The notes under the pieces were generated by a model, which ran no database searches, was not told the DNA's origin, and saw only the letters and a program-made list of their open reading frames with translations. The translations under genes were made by a program, and so were the position numbers. From Takakia lepidozioides (lineage: Eukaryota; Plantae; Bryophyta), in contig CM060733.1 of assembly GCA_030704615.1 (NCBI GenBank), positions 60,078,001 through 60,142,000 of the forward strand: a DNA stretch of 64,000 nucleotides, written 5' to 3'. Position 1 is the first letter of the stretch. Each line of letters begins with the position of its first letter. Shown here one piece after another: positions 39,701 to 54,083 of the stretch.

Positions 39701-42700
39701 TATACTATATAATATTAAAAAATGACAGCATGAGACATGTTTTTTTAACCCTTAATTGCATTTAGTGGCGAGGAAAAAATAACCTCAAGGTGCTATGACG
39801 GCTTGAACAAGCGATGAGGCAACGACAGCCCCAAGGTCACAACATAAGAGACCTATTTTTTTAAGAAAAAGAAAAGAAAAGAAAAAGAAACCTACTGCGG
39901 CTATGCTGCTATACAAGCAGAAAATTAAGAAAAAGAATATCCGAAATTTCGTTATGCTTTTCCAGGATGATTAGGTCACTAGTGGACGGATGAAAGTAGA
40001 AGAGAGATGGATATGGTGCGCCGTGGGCCCCTTTGTGCGGCTGGAGCTGTTTGCACAGAGTTGGATCTTCTCATGTCTAAGTTATCGCCTGCCTACATGC
40101 AGTCGTGCAACGATCATGCAGCTAATCCTAGAGACATGCTTCTCACCTAATCCACCTCTTTACATCCCCTCGGTCCGCTCAGCTCTGCCTCGTCACTCGT
40201 GTTTCTCTCTGGGTGAGCTAATAAGTACAGGTGTGTTGGCGATGAATGATCTCAAGTGCTTGCGATCAACGTCCGGGGAGAACCGGCAGCCAGTTACATG
40301 CTAGCCGACTGAATTCCAGAATTTCCGAATGAAATATGAAACCTCAGGAAATGGATCCGAGGGAAAAAATGGCCGAAGCAGAAATCAACCGGGTGCCCTA
40401 CTTTTAGGAAGGATATTTCCCTTTCCATTTCATTACAGACAGGAAATCTGCCTTAGTTGGCAAGGCCTGGACGGATTCCAGCCCTTCTTATATTACAAAA
40501 AACGGAAATGGCAGTCGAAGTCCACCACATGGCAGAAATCCAACGTGCCAGGCCGGGTTACATCCGAGGAAGGGCGTTTAGGTGAAAAAATATTGAACTC
40601 AAGAGGGCGGGCCGCGGGCAAACCCTACTAAGTCTGGACGTTGCTCTCGCAGCCCCAGCCCCGCGCCTGCTTGCACTCGCTGCTTGCTATCACAGCTCAC
40701 ATGTCCACGCTGGTTCAATTCTTGGCCCCATGTGGTTTGAGGGCATTGACAGGTCCAACTTCTATAAGGATACAATGTTCTTCACTTGTTTGAATTGCTT
40801 AAAACTGGTTGTGATTATTTATTATTATTATTATTTACTTATTGTTGTGCATTTGACACTTGTATTGTAAACCGGTTGATATTTATAAGGGCCAGATTTA
40901 TAGCTGAACACAAAATAAATCATTAGGAATATTACCGGTTGTAAAGAATTTATCTCAAAAATTGAGCAGGTATAGTTACCACTAAGGGGCAGCAACCGAC
41001 TGCCCAACCCACTTAGCCGATTGCTGCTGGGAATGAGCGGCTACTGGCTGGTTCAACTGAAATTATTTCCCTGACGCTGCTTGCGATGGAGTCTATGCTG
41101 ACAAGGTTGGTAACTCTAATCTCTGAACCCTGAACCTCTGGCTCTGTGGTTATGACGAATGTGCTCTTGGGAGAAGTACGATGTCTCAGTCCCAGGCCTG
41201 CGGATGTCCCCAACTACAATAGGTGAGACGGATACATCAATAACTACTTCATGCGCACTGTGGGTCGTGTATGAATTTGACCATTTCACATTGACTCGTG
41301 TGAAGACTGTTGACAGTGTGAATCTGCTCTGTTTCTGATCATGTTTTATATCAATTCTCTTCGAAAAGGCGGCTAATAACTCATATGTTACCCCGAAAGG
41401 TAGAAACAGCTAGCAACAGGGGCATATGGTGTTGAATGCATAGGACAGATGGGTGGGCCCTCAAGGCGATTGAAATTGGGGACAAATGGGGATTGCACGG
41501 GGGCCCACATGGCATCTGCATGCCGGTACAAAGAGGAATGTTTCAGAATCTTCAAGATGAAGGGTTGTGTGGGTTTGAAGGAAAGAGAGCCATGATGGCC
41601 GAGGATGCTGTGTTGAGTTGCTAGTTGCTACCAGCACTGGGCAGGTATGGAGATGGCAGCACAGCGCTCTTGGGAGGATGAAGCCGCTCAAGGAAGGAGT
41701 CATGGGTGTGTGATGTGCAAGGACAAGTCACACGTCATATGTCAGCACTCAGACGGGCTCAGCGAAGTGCTTTGTGTAGGACAGTTAAATCAAGGATGTC
41801 GTCCACAAAGTTGAAGCATCAAACTCTGGAGATCCTTCTGCACATCGGAGCCCACCACGCTCAACTGATCCACCATCGGCTCTTCATTTGACGGCCTATC
41901 TCCTCAGCACGGGAGTCATTTCGATCGATTCCAAGCCTGCTAGCCATCTCACCTCACGCTTCCGCGTCAACGCAGCCGCTCTCCCCATCCTCCTACAACA
42001 AAACAATAGAACATACATTTTTCTGGCGAGTATGCAATCCCCATTTATCCACCACACTGTCCCTGTATTGCTTACTATTTCCACTCTTCCATCAACTTGG
42101 GGTACATATTTAATATGCTATCAACTCCCAGTCTGTTTAGGCCTGCCCAGAGCTGCTGCACAGGGTGCCCTCGATTAATCTTTATCATCTCAAGTTGCAT
42201 TTATGGAGGATGCAGCAGCCCTAGGAACAGCTGAGATCTCAACTTCCTGGCAGAGGTCGGCCAAAATTTGTTGGGGACAGAGTGGTGCATAATTGTAGGA
42301 GTTGGGGTTATCCAAGCAGAAACTTACCCGCTTTCTTGAGAGGCGGCTTTACCCCACATGTACACTTGATTGGCAATGCAAACTCTATCCCAAGTACTTT
42401 CAATACATGCTGCACTCTCATGGTAAGAAGACAAGTCTCTAAGTCTAACCTCAGATTGTTTGGGCAAACAGGCGCATAGCGTACTCTGAAGGAATTATTG
42501 AGATGTTGTCTTCAACAATATGCCCAAATGAGGTCTGTCACTCACCGTAGAGCTTGCAACCAGGGAGCAATATCAGACTGTCCAAGAGCAGGTGGGCACC
42601 AGACCTGCAGCTCCCACAATAAGGAATATCCTCAAGGCCGGCAATAGACATTCGGCTTATTTCATGCAGACGAAATGTGCATGCAAAACCAAGGGTATTG

Positions 42701-44775
42701 ATGATGGCAACGAACTGCTCAACTGACATTATTTGCCTCCGGAGTTTTCTTAACCTTGGTTTTGGGCCTTCAACCAAAATCACTGCAATTGCCAGATCAC
42801 AGAGCTTCCCGGGATGCCTCATACCCCTCATACGGCAACCACTTGAGGACTTCTCAAGCCCACCTTGGCATACTCATACAAGATGGTCCCATACAGGCTC
42901 CTTCGCAAACTTGTGAGGGCCCAGAAACTTAAGAGCCAAAAATATCATGACCAGTTGTTCTCAAGACAGCCCAAACAAAAGCTTGGCCTGTCAAAAGTCC
43001 CCTCCACAGCAGAATAGATATCTGTTGGAAGTGTTCTAAATTTACTCACCACAACACCACCACAAGATACATCCCCAGCTTGCCTCCAAGGGAACCCAAA
43101 GCAGACGACATCCCTAGTTGCCGAAGTTCGGACCAAGCAACTCTACTCACAATAAAAAATTTGAGTACTCCAAGTTTACTTGCCATGGGACATAACATAT
43201 CTTCCCAAGTACTTCAGTCACTCTGGAATCGCAAAACAGATCATAGGTAACATTGATGTCCTGTGCTAGTTATGAAATGTTGTCATTGTGTCCTAGTCCT
43301 GTGTGCAGCACAAACGTTACTGACATCTTATCAAGAAGCCAGCTTTCCATCGCAAGGAAGCCAACCACAACTACACACAAAATCTCAGTCTAATTTTCCG
43401 ATTGGCCAAAAAGCAGACTTCCACAAACAGAAGCTGAACTTGCAGCATCTACCTGACCAGCGATGGGACCCCCCATAGAGGGAGGGAGCTTGCAAAGACG
43501 AACCAAAAAAATCTCTCAAACTGCATCTCACGTGCAGCAGCACCTTAGAAGCAACACTGCTCAGGTAGCACCTGCATCTGCTGCAGTAAAGGTTTAGGTC
43601 CAACAGATAACTAAGAGACTTCATCTGTCAACATACTTACACGAACCAGACAGCCTCAATTTTGAGGCTATTACACAAACTTGACATTCGAACTTGAGCA
43701 TCATTAGACATCTCACCAAGCATTCCTGATAGAACTACTAGACAAAGCATTGCTCAACAACTGCTTTTGAATTCAACTCGCACACTACAAGCTTACAAGG
43801 GAGGATGCATGTCATCGTCCACGAAGCTGTTCGGAGAGTATGAGAAACTAGCAGTGCACTTAGTCTGCTTCTTACGAGTTGGCCCACCTTTAAACTAAGA
43901 GAACATCAACAGGAGACCCTCTGTGGGTATCCAAAACATATGTTGCAAAACCTCCATGCTTCATAGAAAATGGTGAATGGTCCGAAATCCTAGAAATGGA
44001 AAGAATCAACAGCAGACGGCATGAAAGGATACCAATGAGTACAGCACTTCCAGGCTAACCATACTCAGAGCTCCTTAGCTTTGACATTTGCCCACACTCT
44101 AGACCTCGTTGAAAAGATAACTACAGCCTATGAGATTTGGCAGGCAGCCGCTTGGCACAAATGCTCTTGAGTCACACCATGCCCAAGGCAATCATATACA
44201 ACAAGATGGAGTAAATCATGAGGTCTTTGTATTGAAGTTTGTATTGAAACAGGTGTACATGACAGATTGACGTCGACAAATTCAAACAACTTCAGCCCAG
44301 GCAGCTCCTCAGCTTTTTGGAAATAGCTATGAAGCAAAAAACTCCTACCCTCTCAACAGACTCACAACTGCTGAGCAGAGAAGCTGGATACACACGCTCA
44401 TATCTTTAGCTACAGCAACCCACTGTGCCAACCTTAACCACCCCACTTACCTGTAGATCTCACAAGAAAACAATTCATCAATACACACTTTCCTTCTGTA
44501 CAAACACAACCGCCTTGCTGCCCACTACATACGCATCTTAAGACTACAGATGCAATTACACACCTACCAAACTCCTAGCATGCTAACTATGAGCCAGAGC
44601 TCACACCGGAACATACATTCCTACCCGATTGAGATGAGGAAGCACAACTTGCAGACCATCCATGCAAAAAAGTAGTAAGCTATTAACGAAAGAGCACAAT
44701 TCTAGATTGATCAGCTGAGAAACAACTAACCTTCTTGATAAACCACGTAGGTTGACTCAAGCTTCAGCGAGCGAC

Positions 44776-47700
44776 CTAAGATGCAAAGCTCCAGGTCGGT
44801 GAAGACGCAGATAGTGGAGGCTCTAACTCGATCACCTCTTGTTCCTGTTTCACCTGCAAACACCGACATCCCATCCACAGTTGAGACCATGGCTCCATGA
44901 TGAAACACTAAACCACTCAGAATGATCCTGACAACGTAGTCCACATGCATGCAGAAAAATCTTCTGCATACCTCTGAAGTCAGGCAGATGTACCTGCAGT
45001 GATTCAGCTATATTCATACACACGGGGTACGCTACCTGGCCAAGTTGAAGCTTCCGAATTGCACCCACCAACCGCGCATCTCCAGCAACACGTCGACACA
45101 TTTGGATAAGTTTCTTACGACACAGTCTCCCAGCCTGAAAAGATGAGAACGGTTCATCTCACTCCTAAACTTACAATTTCATGACTATAGTTGATAGAGA
45201 TGAAGTGGAATCAAGTTTTCAAAGAATGTACTCCCAAGACGTTGCCTTGTGGCCATGGACCCTACACAGAACAAAAGGGAACAGACACTACCTTTGTGAC
45301 GGGCTCACTCCTGTAATGGGACCTACCTTGGTATAAACAATTAGCTCAGGCTTTCCAGATATCCTCTAGAAAGCTGTCCGGGGCAAGTTTTGGCATACCT
45401 CCCTTGAGCTCTCAACATGACAAGTTCAAGGTTGGATGGTAGTTGCATCGCATGTCTAATACCAGATACTCTAAGATAATCAAGTCTGTTTCTTGGAAGT
45501 AAGACTGTCCTGTTAAACAGGATAAGTCTTGGGAGGACAAGGCGAGAGAGATTTTCAATTACATGAATATTAGCCCAGAAGAATCGACCCTGCTAGATGA
45601 AGCTGACCTGGAGATTGTGCTGTCTAAAGCCCTGTCGGATGCCCAAAGACAGTCCGATGAAAATGAAGCTAGGCATAAAACTTCCCTGAACTTGTTTCCC
45701 AGTCTGTGACATGGGCGAGGACCTTAAGGATGATCTTAAGGGCCGACCTACCCTAGGCACCAGACTGACCTTTAAAATCAGGGCAGGGAGCCTACCTTTG
45801 AAAAAAAAAACAGATGCAGAGAGGAAAAGGACATTGTAGTTGCCCGATGTGCGGGCAGACTGAAGACAATATCCACTTTCTGATACGTTGTCCAGGGTAT
45901 TCAGTGACCCTCTTCAGGAACATCAAGAACACTGCTTCTGCACCTCTGTTCACCAACTTTCAAAATCTCGAGGCTGAGACTCAAGCCCTGGCCTAATTGC
46001 TGGGCAGCTAACACACAGCAGCTTGATGCTTGTGTGCAGGACATGCCCTTTTAGAGCACCATAATCTGACTGGACTCTAGAGATTTAGCATGGTTGGAGT
46101 TGTCGACCCACACGATAGATGCGTACTCCAAGGCAGGCCTAATAATGTTGCAAAGAATGGTCCTTTTACCTTCAGTATTAAACCCTCTGCAGTGAAAATT
46201 TTTAGAAAAGTCAGACCCCAACACTTTGCGTTTAGCTGTTTGACCCACTTTCTGTATATGCGCCTTCCAGTTGCAACTAGAGGAAACCCAACACCAAGAT
46301 ATGTTTAGGAAGGGAGCACAGGGATCTCTTGACCTCCCCATGCCAAACTGAGATACCCTCCTCCCTCCCCACAATCATTGAAAGCCACCACTGCGCATGT
46401 ACTAACATTAGCCTCTAACCTCCACAGGTCAAAGTACCCCTTCATGCAATCAATCAACACCTGAAGATTGGATGGGGTATCCCCTAGGCCTGCGAAGTCA
46501 TCTGCAAACATAGGAGCCGGGATGGTGGCATCACCCACCTTCAACCCAAACCCCTCACTTTCCACATCTTTAAGTAGCTGATTAATGAATACAGTGAAGA
46601 GCAGTGGGAAGAGGGTACAGCCTTGAGCTACACTTTCATCAATATCAGAGAAGTTAGACTTTTTTGATATGATATCTTTTGGTGCTCACATACAGGTTGT
46701 GAACCACCCCCTCCACATGTTTCCTCTGACCCCAGAAGATCAAAGTCGAAGCCACAACCCAACTCTCCACACAGTGCGTTCTGACATCCAGGAAAAAGAA
46801 AAAAGTGGGCTTTCCTGCTCTTTTCCTTCCCTGAATAATCCGGCTTATTTCTCCAAAAACCAGCCTGGCCTTCATGGAAAACACCTCTAGACTCCACATC
46901 AACCTCAAGACGGGTACTCATAAGCCTACAAAATAGCTTGTCAACTGCACTAACAAGCATGAGGCCTTGAGAGTTCCCAGGCGCTTCTCTGTCGCCTTTC
47001 TTATACAGATTGACAATGACATCCTCTCTCCAACGGAAGGGAATCACTTCAGTCTTCCAAATAAGGTTAAGAGAAGGGTAAGAGCCTCTGCCATGGGATT
47101 GCCACCATGCTTGATCTTTAACGTTGACAATGCTATCAAGCCCACCTGCTTCATAGCCTTTCGATGTTCTATAGCTTCTGTAATCTCAGAAGAACTAAGC
47201 CAGTTTATCAGGGCCGTCTTGGAATATAGGAACAGTAGCCTTCCATTCTTGAGGAAACCCCTCACTATAATATTTAGATTCACAGCCAAGAAGGCTGTAG
47301 TGCATTTCAAAGGGTTTTCCTATCTCAACCATAGAAGTCAACCATGCACTCTTGTTATTCCTTAAAGCGTGTACTTGCTTTGCTGACCATTTTTCAGCCT
47401 GCACAAATACTGTAAGGCCAACCAGAATCAACTAATTAAACAATTAGTTACCGTTTTTCACTGAGGAGGAACAGAGTTGATGGAAAAGAGTGTATGCTGA
47501 GCACCTTGAAGGCAGCATAATGTTCCTGTAGTTGGAGGAGGTGTGATGGGGCCAGCTGAGATTTCAGAATAAGGAACAGACTGGGGAATGATAGACAGGC
47601 TGACATTGGCCCCTGCACCTGCCTCGCACATCCCCCCACCTCATCATGCCATGCTTCTGCATTCACATGTGTCTGCATACCAAACACAGCAATTAGCACA

Positions 47701-50203
47701 AACAAAGCAGTAAAGAGCCATCAGTCCTCCCCCAACCTGCCTACTGCATCTCTCCTTCAAACAAAAATAGACTACAAGCATGCCATATCTGTCATCATCC
47801 ATGGCAGTTACAAGTTCAACCTATTCCCCTAGCAGCAATAATGAGCTCATTCATTTACTATGAGAGAAATCATGCCTTACTTCTGACTCCACAATTGGTA
47901 TACTTGCCGAATTTGATACCAGGACGAGGCTGCTGAAAATGCAAACTGTAGTTTCCAAAGAAATTGGACAAATAAGCTAACATAGTCCACTCTTTCCAAT
48001 CCAGACATAAAAGCTTCACTTCACACACAGGTTTGGGCTTCAAATAACACATCGAGTACTGAAGGCAACAAGCACAAAGAAATTGTTATGACACATATAG
48101 TACCTGAAAAGGACAGTGATCAACATGTCACTAACCTGATTGCAAATGGGTGAAGACTTCACCAACACTTCATCAAACATTCTAGCCACTTCTTTCTTTG
48201 CTTCTGCTTTTGTACATGGTGCACCCACTTTAGATCCTCGACACTTGAAGAGAGACGATCTCAGAGGAGGCCGGCTCTGCTTCCCTCTGAATGCTGCCAT
48301 CATCTCTGCAAATAAAACACCAACAAAATAAGGAGCTCCACCCAAGCACCTATAGGCATGGAATGTAAATGTCAAAGCTATTTCTACATGACCTAAAAAG
48401 GAAAGTTCCACCACAGAGAAAGTGTTAGTGTACCCAGTAAAACATAGACTACATGTAAAGCAGAAAATAATTACCGTGCCATAGAGGAGGGAGCGTGAAG
48501 CTAATAACATAAATCGGTAAAATATGTGTGTTCATGTGTGTACTCCACACAATCAATCGCTTGGGAGCAAGCAGATTGTCTACACCGGAGTCGAAGTGCT
48601 CACTACTAGGGTGGAACTGATCGGATCCTGGTTTCACCAACTCTGTTGCTCCTAGTATAACTTGACAGAGCACCATATGCTGCTCCCCGTTTTCATCATT
48701 ATCCGAATATACCGCACTGCACCCAGACCCATCTTCCATCACTTGATTAGACCTTTCCACAAAATGATGAGAAAATGTTGAACAGGTATCCAGATAGACT
48801 GTCCATACAAGACAAAACACTTTCCAAGAAACTGGAACAAGCAGACCCAATGCAAAATATCACAGACACTTGGAACCCCATAACCTCCAAATTTAGCTGT
48901 AATCAATGCTTCACCTGACATGGGCATGATCGTCTGGGGCCAGATAAACTCCAACACCATAAGCCGAACCATTCTTAGGGGCTCTAGGCTGACCAAAGCC
49001 ATGGAGAATGATTCTGGACACCCCTGTCTTAGAAGTCCCATGCCATGCATACCGCAAATTGGCATCGCCTCGCATCTGCTTTGTAAACTCAATCTGTCTC
49101 TCAAAAGCTTGCTGTCGTGCTTGTCCCGCAGGGCTAGAGTGTGAGTCTCGGCAGATGCCCTTGATAACAGTGCCTGAACCAAAGACGCCTAGTCCTGCTA
49201 GAAACTTCTTTTTCACATTGCTGAATTCCTCATCTCCTTCCTGCAACCTGATAAGCTTGTCATCTAGTAAAGCATAGTCATGAACCCCCTTCAAGCTAGC
49301 AGTTTCCTGCTTTGCAGGCCCCCCACCAGCCCTGTCCAGGTGATCAGAAGCAGTCTCTTCTCTGGCAGCCTCTATAGTGCCTTCAGCAAAAGGCATGCTG
49401 TTTGGAACTCTCTCTAAGAAATTGCCATGATCTGGCCGCCCAACTTGGTTGCGAATGGAAGAGTCAGCAGTCGCTGCTAAATGAGTGCCACCATCTAGCT
49501 CCTCGGCATCTGCACTGAGCGTCTCACATCCTTGTAATGATTCAACTGCAGAGGGGTCTGAAAAGCAATCTTCCGCTGCATTGTCATGGGGTGATGCGCA
49601 CCGCTGCTTCAGCCACGCCTCATGCGCTCCAGGATGTGGAAACTCCAAAGACGACTGAGGGGAAGGGCCTTCACAAGGACTTGGAGGGAAGAAGACTCGC
49701 AGGGCCTCGTCTATCCAACCAATAGAACGCATATACCCTGTCTCCAGATTCACTTGGTGCATCTGCACAAAGTTGATACGATACCAATGCCCTCGCACCG
49801 AAAACTCCGCTGTGGCATGGCCTGCTCTAAGGCTCTGCCACACGATCCCATTCGCTTCCGTGGGGTACTCAACCCACTCTCCTTTCTGATAGTACATGAA
49901 CCGCCACGACCGTGTCCCACTAGGATGACGCGGAAGCTTTCGTCCCTTCGACTGGCAGGACTCACCAAAAAACCTCTTGGCCAGCCTTTTATGGAGACAA
50001 GTTGCTGTGGAAGAGTCCGATTCCTTGGAATACTCCACTCTGCATCGTTTTAAGATATTCCACTTCGATCTCTCCCCAATTGCTGACGCCAGTGCACACA
50101 GGTGAGCAGCCACCTTACATGCACTGGTCTGCTTATGCTCAAGGCTCGGGGGATCATGAGAATTGACTCTGGTATATACATTTGAATTGTTGATGACTTC
50201 CAT
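44776..50203 (-). CDS. SRO: RCD1/SRO family protein (WWE, PARP-like and RST domains); exons 50203-48915, 48716-48475, 48305-48136, 47618-47505, 45134-45036, 44853-44776
   Basis: WWE-like RFMYYQKGEWVEYP...RSIGWID; PARP-like YAWHGTS, YGVGVYLA, GEQHMVLCQVILG, HMNTHILP; RST SFPSLFLILKSQL...LIQMCRRVAGDARL; consistent splice phases; start codon uncertain. Confidence 0.88.
45345..47365 (-). mobile_element. Degenerate LINE reverse-transcriptase remnant in an SRO intron; 3' part (~45345-46050) inverted
   Basis: Minus strand: LYKKGDRE, EGQAGF, QGCTLFPLLFTVFIN, MFADDFA, IIRPALEYASIVW; plus strand: KAVRG and C-terminal zinc knuckle CPMCGQTEDNIHFLIRC. Confidence 0.85.
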
Positions 50204-50996
50204 TATAGTACACAAAAAGAGAAATTTTAGATGTACTAAGTCCCCTAAAATATGTGCAACCATCTAATGCAAGCCGAGCGCAACCCTGCACCACAAGCCG
50301 GCCACCACACACACGCATCAGAAACATGAATCCTAAACAGCACGATTTTCGCAGAGTTAACACCCTAACAACGATGCATCCCTGGAAAACCTAGTCTGCC
50401 ACAGCGAAACCCTGAGCAACGGAGCAAAAACTTACAGTTGCTAAGATCCAAGGAGCACACCCATCCCCGCGCACAAGTTAGCACCTATCAAGGCACACAC
50501 CACAGCAATGGTAAGCCGTCGGCACGCAGCACACACACTCAGATCCAAAGCATGCGATGCTGCAACAGATCGCAATAAGCTTAGAGCATGTTCATGCAGG
50601 GAAAGCGTTTTCATACACAGGGTTGACCGCGGTGAGGCTGGGCAGGAGCCGCCATAGCTGCTTTCTTCCGCTGCAGGCTTTCTGCCTTCCTTGCCACACA
50701 CTCCCAAACGTAACGGCCAAGCAACGCTCACCTTCCACACCGCCCTTCCTTTGCCACCGCCCTCTTCTGCCCCTCACCGAGATTCGAACCCCGACCGCCC
50801 CCGTCCCCAGCCTAGAGCTGCTCCTACTGGTCAACCATCTCATCCCTGCACTCGATGTTTCCAGAATGAACTCTGTGCGAAAAACGAATGAGAGAATATT
50901 ATATTCTCTTACAAAAGATGCCGGTATATTACTTTATTGATTTTATTATTATTTTTAATAGTTAAAAAGGAGGACAGATGGGAGGATGGGAAGCGC

Positions 50997-51026
50997 GCCA
51001 CGTGACAAAAGCGTGCCAGCCACGTC
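50997..51026. promoter_or_regulatory. Paired G-box/ABRE-like elements upstream of SRO
   Basis: GCCACGTG at 50997-51004 and GCCACGTC at 51019-51026, just upstream of an AT-rich patch and the presumed SRO leader. Confidence 0.35.
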
Positions 51027-52014
51027 AGGCGAGGACAGCTCGCGGCGCCGTGCCGCTGGCTAATATCTATTTTAGCCAGGCTATAGCCAGATCATCCTCT
51101 GGACAGAATTGATCATTCATCCACTAGGAAGAGAAAAGGCAAACAAAAGCAGAGGAAGCCTGAAGGAAGGGAGGCACAGATAGACACAAGAAGTACCTTT
51201 GCAAGGCTGGCCATGCCAGCAACACTACTCCTCCTCGGTGCGGTGCCAGCCTTGTATGTAGAGTCTGTAGCTCGACTTACTCTTGCACAGAGTATTGCAG
51301 ATGGTGGACTAGCAGCCAATTGAGCTCAAGCCTCACATGGGATGGAAATGGAGTCTTCTTGTAAAATGCAAGAATTCACAAAGGTTGCGTTGAACTGTTA
51401 CTTCTCTGGAATGTTGCCATCATCACTTCTTTCTTTTCGTTCAATTAGACAATCTATAGAGAGACATCCCCAGGAAAGTTAGAAATATTGTCTTATACTT
51501 CCACACCACCACCTACAAGATCCCAGACCTGATGCAACTGAGGCTTGCCAACCCTAAGAACGGCTCTCAAGATTGCATCTATAGTGAAGTCAATGAGGTG
51601 CTTGGACAAAAATTATGTGTTCAATTAAGAATTGTGCAACACTATCCATATCCAACTATCTTCTTCTACAATTTAAGTTTTCTTCTCCAAGTTAAATTTG
51701 GTTCCATATTTGGCCAACAATGCTTTAATGCCCACAATGGCTTAGGGAGGTGATCTGGAACTAACACAAAGTTCAAAGAGTTTCTGACATACGAGTAGGA
51801 CAATTGTGATCCATACCTTTTGCATCATCTTCTTCCTCCTCTTCTAATGACACTGACAGCATGGGGGGGGCTGCCACTCTCGTCTTGGTTTGTAAGCCTA
51901 TGGCACTGAGCCTGGCAAAGATGTCAAAAGATGACATCTGCACTGCGGTGCTCCTCGTCCTCCCCTCACTTGCTAGTGTGGGAGAGCTTCCTTGCATGTG
52001 AGAAGACTTCCTAA

Positions 52015-53458
52015 CTACAGAAGAGCTTCTTCCCCCCTTCTTCCTTTGAGAACACAGATAAAGGTTACCTGGTCAGGAGTGACCCTTGCCCCTACCATAT
52101 CTCGAAAGTTATCACACCCATCCTGAGTGTATCTTGAAATCATACCATTCCATAAGACCACATTTCGTCCCGTCATATGGTCAAACACAACATGTGCATA
52201 CTTCATGCTTCGACATTTGGGGTACATGTTGACAAGGGCACTGTCCAAAACTTCTGGCTTGATTCCCGCTTCGCTGATATCAGCATAAACCTCTTTGCTC
52301 TTTTCAAAGACTGCCAGGCTCGCACATGCATTGAGAACGCTAATGAAAGTGACATTGTCTGGCCTCATAAATTTCCAAAGCCTCCCTACCACACCCATGC
52401 TGACCATATATTATGATCATTGCCTTCCACCAGACCACATTTCGTTGAGCCATAGTGTCAAGGAATTGACGTGTATCCTTCAGACTCCCACATTTGGCAA
52501 ACATATTAGGCAGTCTCCATACCGAGGTGCAATTCCAGCCTTCATAATGTCAACATGGATCTCTTCACCCTTTTTCAGGTCTGCTCCACTCGCACATGCA
52601 TTGACAATGCAGATAAACGTGACCCTATTGCGCACCACCCTTTCTAGTAACATCTTCTCATAGTGTCCTTGCCACACCCATGCTTTGCATATCCTGCAAT
52701 CATCATATTCATTTAACCATATCTCCTTCAGGCATATTGTTTAACACTTGGCGAGCATCCACAGTGCTTCCGCACTTTTACATACAGCTTGACAAGGGAG
52801 TTGATTCTGGAATGAATGTAATTTGGATAATTTGAGCGTGTACCTGCTCTCCCTCTGCTAAGTCTTTGATCTTGATGCACTCCTGCTCTGCGGTTTATCA
52901 ACTAAGAGTTTCAAGTCATGTAGGATGGAGGGTTGAATAAGGCTATGCGATCTGGAACAGGCACCTCCATCATAACCCCTGCTTTTGAAAGAAGACCAAG
53001 AGGGGAGAGGAAGAAATCCTCTGGCACTCGTGGGGATGTGAGGACATCATGTAAGACAGGACAACTGAAAGACGCACTGCACACTTTTGACCCAGCAAGG
53101 AATTTGGGCAGTCTCCAAGACGTATGTCTGTCTGCTCCAGTCTGTCTCTGGCATACTTCGACTCCTTGCTACACAATTATATGATACCAAAACTACTCAT
53201 ATACCTATATTGAGAATAAAATGCACCAATTCTTCCTCTCTCAGACGGAAACCTTAAATCGTCGCCTAAAGAATACATGTTGTTTTCTCGGCCTGGAGCT
53301 CTGCCGTATACGTTGGCATTAGAACCATCACCAGGTTGTGCTCGACCGTGTATCATTGCAGATAGCTCAGTTTTCATCCAAGGAGGGATCCACCAACCCT
53401 CAATTTAAAGGATCTCCTTTTGGTGCTTATTTCTGGAGTCTGGTGATCTTGGACATTT
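52015..53458 (-). pseudogene. Degenerate PDF-motif plus PLS-PPR gene with internal inversion (52886-53137)
   Basis: PDF-like PRSPDSRNKHQKEIL*IEGWWIPPWMKTEL (53458-53354); PPR motifs ECIKIKDLAEGEQVHAQII, VTFISVLNACASL, SALVNMYPKC, RNVVLWNGMIS. Confidence 0.8.
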
Positions 53459-54083
53459 CTATGACAGCCACCAGAGGGGGGGAGGGGGCTGGTGATCGTA
53501 ACCATGCGACTCGCACTGGCTACCTAACATAACCGGTTTTAGGATCGGTTGAGCCGTTAGATTTTTCTTATCTTTTTTGTCCATTTCCTAAAGTTCTTTG
53601 AGCATCGTCAGATCAATTAACCTTCATTAAATTGACAAGCTAAACAGGTCGTTCTATCTACCTCTTCGACGATTAGCAGTCGAGTTCTGAGATCGGCTAA
53701 GTGAACTAATACCACTGCATGGATTTTTTCAATGAGGGCGCTGAGAGATGGAGAGAACTAGGAAGTCGAGGTTTGTATCTCAATGCATTCCTTCTGAACG
53801 CAACGTTACTCAAAGTGTCGTGTCCATGGCACCTTCTTTTGAGCTCCTCCCCGAACATGAAAATGAGGAAAGTGTCAAACTTATATGAGAGTCGTTAAGA
53901 AAACGCGCTCACGATGTGGAAGACGAGTTTTATGTGTTGGTGACCCTCCAGTGGCTGTAACAAAACGCTTGGAGCAACATTCTTGTGAAGAGTTATATGG
54001 AGGATCTTCGGCTACACTTAGCAATTCTTTATCGCTCTCTCGTGATCATGAAGTTCTTTTGCTCGAGTCTGTAGCACCAGATT

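Noticed and set aside
51520-51745. HAD-phosphatase-like fragment (ALLAKYGTKFNLEKK) on the minus strand
   Set aside because: Similarity is too short and interrupted to support without a search
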